Below, piece after piece: positions 19,705 to 30,174 of a DNA stretch of 64,000 bases. The notes below the pieces were generated by a model. The model saw nothing but the letters and a program-made list of their open reading frames with translations. It did not search any database and was not told the DNA's origin. Positions within the stretch are counted from its first letter, which is position 1, and each line of letters opens with the position of its first letter. The position numbers and the translations under genes are program-made. Source of the DNA: an uncultured Chloroflexia bacterium (GTDB taxonomy: Bacteria > Chloroflexota > Limnocylindria > QHBO01); the NCBI GenBank assembly GCA_963814375.1, contig CAWFCQ010000008.1, positions 352,001 to 416,000 on the forward strand, given 5' to 3'.

Positions 19705-21048
19705 ATGACCTATTCCCCGCACACCGATGCCGATCGAGCCCGCATGCTCGAGGCGATCGGCGTGAGCGGCGTCGACGACCTCTTCGCCGACATCCCCGAG
19801 TCGGTGCGGGCCGGCGCCTGGAATGTTCCCGACCCACTCGTCGAGCAGGAGGTCCGCGCCGAGCTGGCGCGCGTCGCCGGCCGCAACCTCGTGCCCGAGG
19901 TCAGCTTCCTCGGTGCAGGCGTGTATCGGCACCTGATTCCGTCGGTGGTCGGCGAGGTGATCGGCCGCCCGGAGTTCGCGACCGCCTACACCCCGTACCA
20001 GCCCGAGGTCAGCCAGGGCACGCTCCAGAGCATCTACGAGTTCCAGTCGCTGATCTGCGAGCTGACCGGGATGGAGGTCGCCAGCGCCTCGCATTACGAC
20101 GGCGCCACCGCCACCGCCGAGGCGGCGCTGATGGCCTGCCGCCTCACCCGTCGCGGGCGCGTGGCGGTCTCGGCCGGCGTCAACCCGGACTACCGGCGCG
20201 TGCTCGAGACGTACTGCTCGGGGCCGGGAATCGAGGTCACGACCGTGCCGATCGACCTGGCCGACGACGGGACCGGGACGACCGATCCCACCGTGGCGGC
20301 GCAGTCGCTGGGCGACGACGTGGCATGCCTCGTTGCGGCGCAGCCGAACTTCTACGGCCAGATCGAGCCGATGCGGGAGCTCGCGGAAGCGGCGCATGCC
20401 GCGGGCGCCCAGCTGGTGGCCGTGGTCGAGCCGACCTCGCTCGCCCTGCTCGAGCCGCCGGGAGAGTACGGCGCCGACATCGTGGCGGCCGAGGGACAGC
20501 CCCTGGGCGTGCCGGCCAGCTTCGGCGGGCCCTACGTCGGGCTCATGGCTGCACGGATGGCATCGGTGCGCCAGATGCCCGGGCGCCTGGTCGGCACCAC
20601 CCGCGACGCCGAGGGCCGCAAGGGCTACGTGCTCACCCTCCAGGCTCGCGAGCAGCACATTCGGCGCGAGAAAGCGGCGAGCAACATCTGCACCAACCAG
20701 GCGCTCATGGCGCTGGCAGCAGCCGCCTACCTCTCCTCGGTCGGCCCGGCCGGGCTGCGTGAAGTGGCCGAGCTGTCGATGACCCAGGCGCGCCACGTCG
20801 CCGCCGCGCTCGAGGACGCGGGCCTCGCCGAGCGACGCTTCGCCGGCCCGTACTTCGCCGAAGTCACGCTCCGGGTGCCGGACGCGGCGCGGCGGCACGC
20901 TGCGCTGGCGGAGCGGGGGATCGTTGCCGGGTATCTCCCCGAGCGGGACGAGCCGGCGCTACGCGACACGCTGCTGCTCGCCGCCACCGAGCTGACCACC
21001 GACGCCGACATCGAGCGCCTCGTCGACGCACTCGAGACGACACGATGA
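19705..21048 (+). CDS. gcvPA: Glycine dehydrogenase subunit 1
   Basis: FLGAG, AYTPYQPEVSQG, REQHIRREKAASNICTN. Confidence 0.96.
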   Translation: MTYSPHTDADRARMLEAIGVSGVDDLFADIPESVRAGAWNVPDPLVEQEVRAELARVAGRNLVPEVSFLGAGVYRHLIPSVVGEVIGRPEFATAYTPYQPEVSQGTLQSIYEFQSLICELTGMEVASASHYDGATATAEAALMACRLTRRGRVAVSAGVNPDYRRVLETYCSGPGIEVTTVPIDLADDGTGTTDPTVAAQSLGDDVACLVAAQPNFYGQIEPMRELAEAAHAAGAQLVAVVEPTSLALLEPPGEYGADIVAAEGQPLGVPASFGGPYVGLMAARMASVRQMPGRLVGTTRDAEGRKGYVLTLQAREQHIRREKAASNICTNQALMALAAAAYLSSVGPAGLREVAELSMTQARHVAAALEDAGLAERRFAGPYFAEVTLRVPDAARRHAALAERGIVAGYLPERDEPALRDTLLLAATELTTDADIERLVDALETTR

Positions 21049-22691
21049 GCGTGGCCGACGCACCGCCCGTGGACGCTTCGGGTCGCGGCGCCGCGTTCTC
21101 GGGCCCAAGCGGCGGCGATGAGCTGCGCGTCGTCGAGCCGCTGATCTTCGAGCGCTCGCGTTCCGAGCGACGCGGCGTCCGCTTCCCATCGGCCTCCGAG
21201 CGCGCGCGAGAGGCAGCGGCGGGGCAGCCGGCGCTGCCCGCATCGGCCCTGCGCAAAGAGGCGGCGCGCCTGCCCGAGGTGAGCGAGCTCGAGCTGCTGC
21301 GACACTACAACCGCCTGGCGCACCTCAACCAAGCGATCGACCTGAACTTCTATCCGCTCGGCTCATGCACGATGAAGTACAACCCGAAGGTCAACGAGTG
21401 GGCGGCGCGGCTGCCCGGGCTGGCGGAGTCGCACCCGCTCGACCCCGAGGCGCTCAGCCAGGGCTCGCTCGAGCTGATGTGGCTCCTCGCCGAGCTGCTC
21501 AAGGAGATCAGCGGGTTCGATGCGGTCAGCCTCCAGCCTGCGGCCGGGGCGCACGGCGAGCTGACCGGGATGCTCATGACACGTGCCTTCCACCAGGCCA
21601 ACGGTGAGGGCGAGACGCGCACCAAGGTCCTCGTCCCGGACTCGGCGCACGGGACGAACCCGGCGACGGCCACGATGGTCGGCTACGAGACGGTGACGAT
21701 TCGATCGAACGAGCGCGGCGGCATCGACCTCGAGGCGCTGCGCGCGGCGCTCGGTCCGGACGTCGCAGCGCTCATGATCACGAACCCCTCGACCCTCGGT
21801 ATTTTCGAGGACCAGATCGACCAGGTGGTCGCCGCCGTCCGCGAGGCCGGCGCGATCTCGTACATGGACGGCGCCAACCTCAACGCCATCCTCGGCCGCT
21901 TCCGCCCGGGAGAGGCCGGCTTCGACGTGATGCACTTCAACCTCCACAAGACGTTCAGCACCCCGCATGGCGGCGGGGGACCCGGCGCCGGCCCGGTCGG
22001 TGTCAGCGCCCGGCTGGAGCCATACCTGCCGGCGCCCATTCCGACGCTCGTCGAAGGCGACCCCGAGGAGGTCCGGGCCAACGCCTGGGGCGGCCGATCC
22101 ACTCCCTCGGCTCGTTTCGCGCTTGACTGGGATCGGCCGGACAGCATCGGCAAGGTTCGAAGCTGCTACGGCAACTTCGGCATGTTCGTCCGCGCCTATA
22201 CCTACATCCGCTCGAACGGCGACACGGGCCTGCGCACGATCAGCGAGGACGCGGTCCTGGCCGCCAACTACCTCCGTGTGCGGCTGCACGACGTCTACGA
22301 CCTGCCCTACGACCGTCTGTCGAAGCACGAGGTCGTCTTCAGCGGACGCCGCCAGAAGCGCGAGCATGGCGTCACGACGCTCGACATCGCCAAGGCCATT
22401 CTCGACCACGGCATCCACCCGCCCACCATCTACTTCCCGCTGATCGTGGAAGAGGCGCTGATGGTCGAGCCGACGGAGACCGAGAGCCTCGAGACGCTCG
22501 ACCACTTCATCGGTGTGATGCGCGAGATCGCCGACCAGGCCGGCACGGATCCGGCGGCCATCAAGCGCGCCCCCACGAGCACTCCGGTCGGCCGGCTGGA
22601 CGAGGCCGCCGCCGCGCGCCGGCCGGACCTCCGCCATCGCTTCCCCGACGAGGCGGATGCAACCGACGCCGTACCGACGGCATCGGTCTGA
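21045..22691 (+). CDS. gcvPB: Glycine dehydrogenase subunit 2
   Basis: PLGSCTMKYNP, SAHGTNPA, PLP lysine in NLHKTFSTPHGGGGPG. Confidence 0.96.
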   Translation: MSVADAPPVDASGRGAAFSGPSGGDELRVVEPLIFERSRSERRGVRFPSASERAREAAAGQPALPASALRKEAARLPEVSELELLRHYNRLAHLNQAIDLNFYPLGSCTMKYNPKVNEWAARLPGLAESHPLDPEALSQGSLELMWLLAELLKEISGFDAVSLQPAAGAHGELTGMLMTRAFHQANGEGETRTKVLVPDSAHGTNPATATMVGYETVTIRSNERGGIDLEALRAALGPDVAALMITNPSTLGIFEDQIDQVVAAVREAGAISYMDGANLNAILGRFRPGEAGFDVMHFNLHKTFSTPHGGGGPGAGPVGVSARLEPYLPAPIPTLVEGDPEEVRANAWGGRSTPSARFALDWDRPDSIGKVRSCYGNFGMFVRAYTYIRSNGDTGLRTISEDAVLAANYLRVRLHDVYDLPYDRLSKHEVVFSGRRQKREHGVTTLDIAKAILDHGIHPPTIYFPLIVEEALMVEPTETESLETLDHFIGVMREIADQAGTDPAAIKRAPTSTPVGRLDEAAAARRPDLRHRFPDEADATDAVPTASV

Positions 22692-22714
22692 ACCTATCAG
22701 GACCCCCCGGCGTA
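22689..22714 (+). promoter_or_regulatory. Putative ECF-type (autoregulatory) promoter
   Basis: TGAACC 22689-22694, 16-nt spacer, CGTA 22711-22714, directly upstream of an ECF sigma gene. Confidence 0.55.
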
Positions 22715-22716
22715 CT

Positions 22717-23349
22717 ATGACAAACCCCAGCGGCGACCCAGCTGCGCAGGTGCCAGTGGAACAAAGAGTGTCCGACGACCTCGTCAGGCGTATGCAGGGC
22801 GGTGACCTGGATGCGTTCGAAGAGTTCTTCAATCGGTTCAAGCGCCCGGTCTATGCGACGGCGCTTGCGATCACGCGCGACCCGTTCCTTGCCGAGGAGG
22901 TCCTCCAGGACTGCTTCGTCAAGGCCTACCGCGTGCGCGAGCGGCTCGATCCGGGGCGCTCGCCGCTGCCGTGGCTTCAGCGCGTGACGATCAACCTGTG
23001 CTACAGCCGGGTGAGCCGCCGCAAGGCGCTGGCGGAGCCGATCACGAGCCTCATCACCAACCTTGTGGTCGATCTCTCGGCGCGGCCGGACCAGGTCGTC
23101 GAGTCGCGCGAGGTGCTCGACGTCCTCCAGCGCGGGATCGATGCCCTCCCGCCGAAGCAGCAGACCGCCGTCATCCTCTACTACCTGCACGGCTACTCGC
23201 TGGCGGAGGCGGCCGAGATCGCCGACTGCAACGTCGGGACGATGAAGTCTCGCCTGCACTACGCCCTCAAGGCGCTGCGCGCCAGGCTGCCGGTCGAGCG
23301 ACGCCTGCCCGTCGGGGGCGCCGCACCGGTGCGGGTCACGAACCGATGA
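22717..23349 (+). CDS. ECF RNA polymerase sigma factor (start uncertain, 22717-22768)
   Basis: Region 2 AEEVLQDCFVKAY...WLQRVTINLC; region 4 LPPKQQTAVIL...GTMKSRLHYA. Confidence 0.92.
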   Translation: MTNPSGDPAAQVPVEQRVSDDLVRRMQGGDLDAFEEFFNRFKRPVYATALAITRDPFLAEEVLQDCFVKAYRVRERLDPGRSPLPWLQRVTINLCYSRVSRRKALAEPITSLITNLVVDLSARPDQVVESREVLDVLQRGIDALPPKQQTAVILYYLHGYSLAEAAEIADCNVGTMKSRLHYALKALRARLPVERRLPVGGAAPVRVTNR

Positions 23350-24053
23350 GGTGCCGCCGCATCTGCCGCGAGCTCCTGTGGTTGGCCCGGTTCGGCGAGT
23401 TCGGGCCCAGCTCGCAGCCGCATCTCGAGCACCTTGCGGCATGCCGCGCTTGCCGCGACGAGGTCGGTTTCGATCGCGCCATGGTCGAGCAGCTGCGGAT
23501 CGCGCTCGCCGCTCGCATCGATGGCGCCACGCCGTCGCCCAGCGCGTGGGATCGAATCCTCGCCCGCGCGCAAGACCCGGAGCCGCGCGTCGGCGAGCGG
23601 CTCTGGGGATGGTCGACCTCGATGGTCTCCCGCCTTCGCTTCGCGACGGCAATGGCCGGGACCGGGCTGGCGCTGATCCTCGCCCTCAACACGCAGATCG
23701 TGCCTCTCGGCCTGCCGGCCAGCGACGCAGATGGCCAGCGCGGCGAGCCGAGCGCGCTGGAGCGAGTCCCGCGAGTGCCGCCACCGCAGAGCGCTCTGGC
23801 GGCGCTGCTGGAGCAATGGGGCGGTGCCGGCGACGGTGCCTCGCGCCCCGATCCCGAGGCCGTGATGGCCCTTGCCGGCCGCGTCCCGCAGGCGGACAGC
23901 GGCGCCACGGCGCCCGTCGCCCAGCCGCAGCTGAGGATCTCGTTCCAGTCGACGCAGACGCCCGAGCCCGAGCCGGCCGGTGCAATTGCGTCCATTCAAT
24001 CGGAAGGCGCGTCGTCCTCTCCATCGGGGAGCGAGCCTGGCGTGCCTTCCTGA
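23346..24053 (+). CDS. Zinc-binding (ZAS-type) membrane anti-sigma factor
   Basis: HLAACRAC (HxxxCxxC), one TM, low-complexity extracytoplasmic tail; ATGA overlap with the sigma gene. Confidence 0.8.
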   Translation: MRCRRICRELLWLARFGEFGPSSQPHLEHLAACRACRDEVGFDRAMVEQLRIALAARIDGATPSPSAWDRILARAQDPEPRVGERLWGWSTSMVSRLRFATAMAGTGLALILALNTQIVPLGLPASDADGQRGEPSALERVPRVPPPQSALAALLEQWGGAGDGASRPDPEAVMALAGRVPQADSGATAPVAQPQLRISFQSTQTPEPEPAGAIASIQSEGASSSPSGSEPGVPS

Positions 24054-24177
24054 TTCCCAGCGAAGTGTGCGAGACTAGCGCACCGTTTTGGCGAGGATCA
24101 GCCCCGGATCACCGGCAGATGCCGAGCGTTCGACCGGAGCGGTGGTCCGCGTGAACAAACCACTTGGAGGAGCTTGG

Positions 24178-25947
24178 ATGCGCACTTGGAGATGGATCTC
24201 CGTATTCGCCGTCCTGGCGCTCGTGCTGGCCGCGTGCGGCTCAGAGGGCACCAGTCCGTCGGCGGAGGAGTCGGAGGCCCCGAGCGGCTCAGAGGGAGCC
24301 GAACCGTCGGCAAGCGCCGCCGGCGAACCAGTGGCGGGCGGAACGCTCGTCTTCGCGGGCGCGCGCCTGGCGTCGTCGCTCGACCCGGCCCGCACGAGCG
24401 ACGGTGAGTCGTTCCGCGTTCTGCAGCAGATCTACGAGCCGCTCGTCGACCTCGCGCCGGGCTCGACCTCGGAGCTCGAGGGCGTCCTCGCCGAGAGCTG
24501 GGACGGCGGGCCTGAGGACACGGAGATCGTGTTCCACCTGCGCGAGGGCGTGACGTTCCACGACGGGACGCCGTTCAACGCTGAGGCGGTGAAGATCAAC
24601 TTCGATCGGATGCAGAACTTCGTTCCCGAGATCCAGGCGGACGCGTATTACTACGGCGCCCTCATGGACGGCTTCGGTGCGGAGAACCTCATCTCGAGCG
24701 TGGAAGCCACCGATGAGCTGACGGTCACGATCACGCTGCGCGAGCCGTCGCCCACCTTCCTGTTCGGCATCACCCTGACGCCGTTCGCCATCATCAGCCC
24801 GGCGGTTCTGGAGGCGACCGACGCCGCCAATCCGCAGAGCACCTTGGGCACCGAGGTGACCCAGGGCGGCACGGGGCCGTTCGTCTTCGAGGACTATGTC
24901 CCCGAGGAGAGCGCCACCCTGGTCCGCAACGATGACTACTGGGGCGACCCGGCGTACCTCGACCGCCTGATCATTCGGCCGATTGCCGATCCTGCGGCGC
25001 GCCTTCAGGCGCTCCAGGGCGGCAGCGTCCAGGGCTACGACCTGGTCAGCCCGTCCGACTACGAGACCGTCGAGAGCGAGGGCTTCTCGCTCGTCGAGCG
25101 CCTCTCGTTCAACGGGCTCTATCTCGGCCTGACCCCCTCGGCACGCGAGACTGTCGCCGGCCTCGAGGGTGAGGCCGCTCGATCCGACCTAACCGACGTG
25201 TATGCCGGTGAGACCTCCCCGCTGCAGGATCTTGCGGTCCGGCAGGCGGTCGCCATGGCGATCGACAAGGAGGCGCTGATCGGGCCGTTCTATGGCGGCC
25301 GCGGTGAGGCAGCCGACATCTTCATGCCACCGTCGAGTGCGTGGCACGATGCTGTCCTGGCCGGCGTCGAGCCGACGGCCTTCGATCCCGAGGGCGCACG
25401 CGCGCTGCTCGAGACCGCTGGCTTCAGCGAGGAGAACCCCGCGACGATCCACTTCTGGTATCCGACCGAGGTGACCCGTCCGTACATGCCGGATCCGGCC
25501 GGCCTGCATCAGGCAGTGAGCCAGATGCTCGAGGATGCCGGATTCGTTGTTGAGCCGCACAGCGATATCTGGGACAGCCCCGGATACCTGTTCGACGCTC
25601 AGAACGGCTACTACGACATGCACTTCCTCGGCTGGACCGGCGACTATGACGATCCGGAGAACTGGTACGGCGTTCACTTCGGCTACCAGCAGGGAGTGGC
25701 TGCCGCCCAGTTCGGATGCGACGTCGATGGTCTCGAGGAGGCGATCGACACGGCGTACGCCGAGCTCGACGAGACGGCACGTGGCGAGGCCTGGGCGACG
25801 GTCGCCGGGCTGATCCACGAGAACGTCTGCTTCGTGACCCTGGTGCACGGTGATACGGCACTCGCCTTCACCGATGTCGTCCAGGGCTACGAGCCGAACC
25901 CGACTGGCTCCGAGAGCTTCCGGACGGTCTGGCTGAGCGGCGAGTAG
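24178..25947 (+). CDS. dppA: Peptide ABC transporter substrate-binding lipoprotein (family 5)
   Basis: Lipobox LAAC, FHLREGVTFHDGTPFNAEAV, GTGPF, RPYMP, LGWTGDY. Confidence 0.9.
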   Translation: MRTWRWISVFAVLALVLAACGSEGTSPSAEESEAPSGSEGAEPSASAAGEPVAGGTLVFAGARLASSLDPARTSDGESFRVLQQIYEPLVDLAPGSTSELEGVLAESWDGGPEDTEIVFHLREGVTFHDGTPFNAEAVKINFDRMQNFVPEIQADAYYYGALMDGFGAENLISSVEATDELTVTITLREPSPTFLFGITLTPFAIISPAVLEATDAANPQSTLGTEVTQGGTGPFVFEDYVPEESATLVRNDDYWGDPAYLDRLIIRPIADPAARLQALQGGSVQGYDLVSPSDYETVESEGFSLVERLSFNGLYLGLTPSARETVAGLEGEAARSDLTDVYAGETSPLQDLAVRQAVAMAIDKEALIGPFYGGRGEAADIFMPPSSAWHDAVLAGVEPTAFDPEGARALLETAGFSEENPATIHFWYPTEVTRPYMPDPAGLHQAVSQMLEDAGFVVEPHSDIWDSPGYLFDAQNGYYDMHFLGWTGDYDDPENWYGVHFGYQQGVAAAQFGCDVDGLEEAIDTAYAELDETARGEAWATVAGLIHENVCFVTLVHGDTALAFTDVVQGYEPNPTGSESFRTVWLSGE

Positions 25948-25972
25948 CCACTCACCGACCGTCGAATAGACT

Positions 25973-26005
25973 GAGAGGGCCTCGGCCGTGAGCCGGGGCC
26001 CTCTC
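25973..26005 (+). terminator. GC-rich stem-loop after the substrate-binding gene (terminator or mRNA stabiliser)
   Basis: GAGAGGGCCTCGGC-CGTGA-GCCGGGGCCCTCTC. Confidence 0.7.
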
Positions 26006-26034
26006 GCCTTACCCCGTCGAGAGACAGGAGCCAC

Positions 26035-27042
26035 GTGGGCAAGTTCATCCTCAGGCGGCTGCTCATCCTCATCCCGATCCTGTTCGGGCTGACGGTCCTG
26101 ATCTTCCTGTTCATCCGCATGCTCCCGGGCGACCCGGCCAGCGCGATCCTGGGTGAGCGAGCCACCGCCGGCGACATCGAGCGTGTGCGCGCGGCCCTTG
26201 GACTTGACCGCCCGCTGTTCGAGCAGTACCTGGAGTACCTGCGCGGGCTCCTGACCCTTGACCTCGGCAGCAGCTTCATCACCGGCCGCGACGTGGCCGA
26301 CGACTTCCTCCAGCGCTTCCCGGCCACGATCGAGCTGACAGTGGCAGCGATGCTGTTCGCGCTGACCCTCGGCATCCCGCTGGGAATGATCACCGCCAAG
26401 CGGCGCGGCACGTGGGTGGACAGCCTCGGCACAGTGGTCGCGCTCATCGGCATCAGCATCCCGATCTTCTTCCTGGGCCTGATGCTGAAGTACATGTTCG
26501 CGATCCAGTGGCCGATCCTTCCCGACTCCGGCCGGATCGACCTCATCGAGTACTTCATCCCGCGCGTCACGAACTTCATGACGATCGACACGCTCATCGC
26601 CGGCCAACCGGGCGGGTTCGTGGACTCCCTTCGACATCTGATCCTGCCCGCCATCGCGCTCGGCACGATCCCGCTGGCCATCATCATGCGCATCACCCGC
26701 GCCAGCGTCGTCGACGTCCTGAACGAGGACTACGTGCGCACCGCGAAGGCCAAGGGCCTGCCGTCGGGCACCGTCGACAACCGCCATGTGCTGCGCAACG
26801 CGATGCTGCCGGTGGTCACGGTCATCGGCCTCCAGACGGGGCTGCTGCTGGGCGGCGCGATCCTGACCGAGACGATCTTCGGCTGGGGCGGCGTGGGAAC
26901 GTGGATCTATGACGCCGTCCGCAGCAACGACTACCAGGTGATCCAGAGCGGTGTGCTGCTGCTCGCGCTGATCTTCGTCTTCGTCAACCTGATCGTCGAT
27001 GTCAGCTATGCGTTTCTCAACCCGAGGATCCGGTACTCATGA
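26035..27042 (+). CDS. dppB: Peptide ABC transporter permease
   Basis: PGDPA, FPATIEL, DYVRTAKAKG, HVLRNA. Confidence 0.92.
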   Translation: MGKFILRRLLILIPILFGLTVLIFLFIRMLPGDPASAILGERATAGDIERVRAALGLDRPLFEQYLEYLRGLLTLDLGSSFITGRDVADDFLQRFPATIELTVAAMLFALTLGIPLGMITAKRRGTWVDSLGTVVALIGISIPIFFLGLMLKYMFAIQWPILPDSGRIDLIEYFIPRVTNFMTIDTLIAGQPGGFVDSLRHLILPAIALGTIPLAIIMRITRASVVDVLNEDYVRTAKAKGLPSGTVDNRHVLRNAMLPVVTVIGLQTGLLLGGAILTETIFGWGGVGTWIYDAVRSNDYQVIQSGVLLLALIFVFVNLIVDVSYAFLNPRIRYS

Positions 27043-27932
27043 CGACGCCGGCCGCGACGATGGGCGTCCAGCTCCAGGAGGAGAAGCCTGTCGGCCTGTG
27101 GACCGATGCGTTTCGCCGCATGCGCCACAGCCCATCGGCGATCATCGGCTTCTCGATCGTCGGGTTCTTCCTCTTCGTCGCGATCTTCGCGCCACTCCTG
27201 ACGCCGTACGATCCGGCGCGCGGAAACCTGGCGGATAGCTATCTGCCGCCATCCCGAGAGCACTGGATGGGCACGAACATCCAGGGCCAGGACGTCATGG
27301 CGCGGATCATCTACGGTGCCCGTCTGACACTCGGCATCGCCGTCCTGTCGGTCACCATCGGTGTCACCGTCGGCGCCTTCTTCGGATCGGTCGCCGGCTT
27401 CTTCCGCGGCACGATCGACGGGATCATCATGCGCGGCGTCGACATCATGCTGGCGGTGCCCGGGCTCCTGCTGGCGATCGGCATCGTGACCTTCCTGGGG
27501 CGTGGTGTCGTCCAGATCTCGATCGCCATCGCCATCGTCAACGTGCCGATCTTCGCGCGCCTCCTGCGGGCAAGCCTGCTCGGGCTGCGTGAGGCTGACT
27601 ACGTCGTGGCGGCACGCTCGGTCGGGGTGCGCGGGCCGACCATCCTCGGACGTCACATGCTGCCGAACGCGATCGGCCCGCTCATCGTCCAGGCCACGCT
27701 CGCCCTGGCCACCGCCGTGGTTGATGCCGCCGCCCTCGGCTTCCTCGGCCTCGGGCCGGAGGATCCAGCGACGCCGGAGTGGGGGATGATGCTGTCGGAC
27801 ACGTACCGCTACCTCAACGACGCGGCCTATCTGGCGTTCTTCCCTGGCGTCGCGATCGTGCTGAGCGTCCTCGGATTCAATCTCCTCGGAGACGGCATGC
27901 GCGAAGCGCTCGATCCGAAGCTGCGCCGATGA
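27039..27932 (+). CDS. dppC: Peptide ABC transporter permease
   Basis: HWMGT, YVVAARSVG, PEWGMML, FNLLGDGMREALDP. Confidence 0.92.
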   Translation: MTTPAATMGVQLQEEKPVGLWTDAFRRMRHSPSAIIGFSIVGFFLFVAIFAPLLTPYDPARGNLADSYLPPSREHWMGTNIQGQDVMARIIYGARLTLGIAVLSVTIGVTVGAFFGSVAGFFRGTIDGIIMRGVDIMLAVPGLLLAIGIVTFLGRGVVQISIAIAIVNVPIFARLLRASLLGLREADYVVAARSVGVRGPTILGRHMLPNAIGPLIVQATLALATAVVDAAALGFLGLGPEDPATPEWGMMLSDTYRYLNDAAYLAFFPGVAIVLSVLGFNLLGDGMREALDPKLRR

Positions 27933-28978
27933 TCCGCACCGAGCCCGCAGAGACCCAGCCGCTCCTGTCGGTGCGTGACCTGCACGTCACCTTCGGCACC
28001 GGGGATCGCACGGTCCACGCCGTGAACGGGATCAGCTATGACCTCGAGGAGGGCGAGACGCTGGGGGTGGTTGGCGAGTCGGGCTGCGGCAAGAGTGTCA
28101 GCTCCCTGGCTCTGATGCGGCTGCTGCCGAAGCCTGCCGCCCGCGTCACCGCCGACCGGATCCTCTTCGACGGCGAGGACATGCTCACCCTCTCGGAGGA
28201 GGCGGCGCGCCAGATGCGCGGCAACCGAATGGCGATGATCTTCCAGGACCCGATGACCTCGCTCAACCCGGTTCTCACCATCGAGCGGCAGCTGACCGAG
28301 GTCCTCGAGACGCATCGCAAGCTGAAGCGCAAGGGCGCGATCCTGCGAGCGATCGAGCTGCTCGAGCTCGTCGGGATCCCGGCGGCGAAGAAGCGGCTCA
28401 ACGACTACCCGCACCAGTTCAGCGGTGGGATGCGCCAGCGCGTGATGATCGCCATCGCCCTTGCCTGCGACCCCCAGCTGCTCATCGCCGATGAGCCGAC
28501 CACGGCACTCGACGTCACCATCCAGGCCCAGATCCTCGACCTCATGCGCAGCACGGCGATGGAGTCCGGCGCCGCGCTCATCCTCATCACCCATGACCTC
28601 GGTGTGGTTGCCGGGATGGCTCGCAGGATCAACGTCATGTACGCCGGGCACATCGTCGAGCGCGCCGAGACGGAGGAGCTCTACGGCCGGCCGCGACATC
28701 CGTACACGGTGGGCCTCCTGCAATCGATCCCGCGCCTCGATGCCCAGGGCCGTGGCGAGCTGGTGCCGATCCAGGGACAGCCTCCGGACCTGTCACGTGA
28801 GATCGCCGGATGCCCCTTCGCCGCCCGATGCTTCAACGTCATCGAGCGCTGCCATGTCGAGATGCCGCCGCTCGAGCAGGCGCCGGGCGCCGCCGACGGT
28901 CACGACGTCGCGTGCTGGAACCCAGCCGAGGGCGAGTCGCTCGTCCCGTCCGGCTTCGCGGTGGAGCAGGCCTCATGA
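27929..28978 (+). CDS. dppD: Peptide ABC transporter ATP-binding protein
   Basis: [25 protein letters not shown], Cys-containing C-terminal domain. Confidence 0.92.
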   Translation: MIRTEPAETQPLLSVRDLHVTFGTGDRTVHAVNGISYDLEEGETLGVVGESGCGKSVSSLALMRLLPKPAARVTADRILFDGEDMLTLSEEAARQMRGNRMAMIFQDPMTSLNPVLTIERQLTEVLETHRKLKRKGAILRAIELLELVGIPAAKKRLNDYPHQFSGGMRQRVMIAIALACDPQLLIADEPTTALDVTIQAQILDLMRSTAMESGAALILITHDLGVVAGMARRINVMYAGHIVERAETEELYGRPRHPYTVGLLQSIPRLDAQGRGELVPIQGQPPDLSREIAGCPFAARCFNVIERCHVEMPPLEQAPGAADGHDVACWNPAEGESLVPSGFAVEQAS

Positions 28979-30156
28979 CGACCACGACCGAGCCCCAGAC
29001 GGTGGCCGGCGCGACGGGTGCTCAGCCGCTGCTGCGCACCGAGGGGCTGAAGGTGCACTTCCCCATCACGGAGGGCATCATCTTCGAACGCCAGATCGGC
29101 GCGGTCCGCGCCGTCGACGGCGTCTCGCTCGAGGTGTACCCCGGCGAGACGCTGGGCCTCGTGGGAGAGTCGGGCTGCGGCAAATCGACCTTCGCGCGCG
29201 CTGTCATCCGGCTGCTCGACACGACCGCCGGTTCCATCGTCTTCGACGGGACCGACATCACCTCCCTCAAGGGGGACGCCATGCGGCGCACGCGGCGGCG
29301 GATGCAGATGATCTTCCAGGACCCCTACGCATCCCTCAACCCGCGCATGACGATCGGCTCGATGCTGACCGAGCCGCTGCGCGTGCACAACATCGCGCGC
29401 GGGAAGGAGGCCGCCAAGCGGGCGCAGCGCCTGGTCGAGATCGTCGGGCTGCCCCGCAACGCGATCAACCGATACCCGCACGAGTTCAGTGGCGGCCAGC
29501 GGCAGCGCGCCGGGATCGCGCGCGCCCTGGCGGTCCAGCCGGAGTTCATCGCCGCCGACGAGGCCGTATCGGCCCTCGACGTCTCGATCCAGGCCCAGAT
29601 CATCAACCTCCTCGCCGAGCTCCAGCGCGAGTTCAACCTGACCTACCTGTTCATCGCCCACGACCTGTCGGTCGTGCGCCACATCAGCGACCGGATCGCG
29701 GTGATGTACCTCGGTGAGGTGGTCGAGCTCTCTCCGTCGCGCGAGCTCTACGACCAGCCGCTGCACCCGTACACCTGCGCGCTGGTGAGCGCGGTGCCCA
29801 TCCCGGATCCGCGGGTCGAGACGAAGCGCAAGCGCATGATCCTGCGCGGCGACGTGCCGTCGCCGGCGAACCCTCCCTCCGGCTGCCGCTTCCACACGCG
29901 CTGCTGGCTGCGCCGCGAGCTCGGCGATCCGGAGCGGTGCGCCGTCGAGTCGCCGGAGCTGCGCGAGATGCGGACGGGTCACCGCGTCGCCTGCCATTTC
30001 GCCGAGGAGCTGATGGGAGAGCGGCGCGGGCAGCTGCTTGGCCTCGGCGCCGAGCACTCGGACGTGCGCGACACGACCGAGGAGGCGCTGGTGGCGCCCG
30101 ACGTCGCGCCGGCGCCCGAGCCGGAAGACCTGCGCAAGGACGTGCTCCAGCACTGA
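28975..30156 (+). CDS. dppF: Peptide ABC transporter ATP-binding protein
   Basis: [25 protein letters not shown]. Confidence 0.92.
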   Translation: MTTTTEPQTVAGATGAQPLLRTEGLKVHFPITEGIIFERQIGAVRAVDGVSLEVYPGETLGLVGESGCGKSTFARAVIRLLDTTAGSIVFDGTDITSLKGDAMRRTRRRMQMIFQDPYASLNPRMTIGSMLTEPLRVHNIARGKEAAKRAQRLVEIVGLPRNAINRYPHEFSGGQRQRAGIARALAVQPEFIAADEAVSALDVSIQAQIINLLAELQREFNLTYLFIAHDLSVVRHISDRIAVMYLGEVVELSPSRELYDQPLHPYTCALVSAVPIPDPRVETKRKRMILRGDVPSPANPPSGCRFHTRCWLRRELGDPERCAVESPELREMRTGHRVACHFAEELMGERRGQLLGLGAEHSDVRDTTEEALVAPDVAPAPEPEDLRKDVLQH

Positions 30157-30174
30157 TCGGCTAGGCTGCGCGAC

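Noticed and set aside
24054-24177. Riboswitch in the dppA leader
   Set aside because: Some pairing potential but no recognisable aptamer consensus
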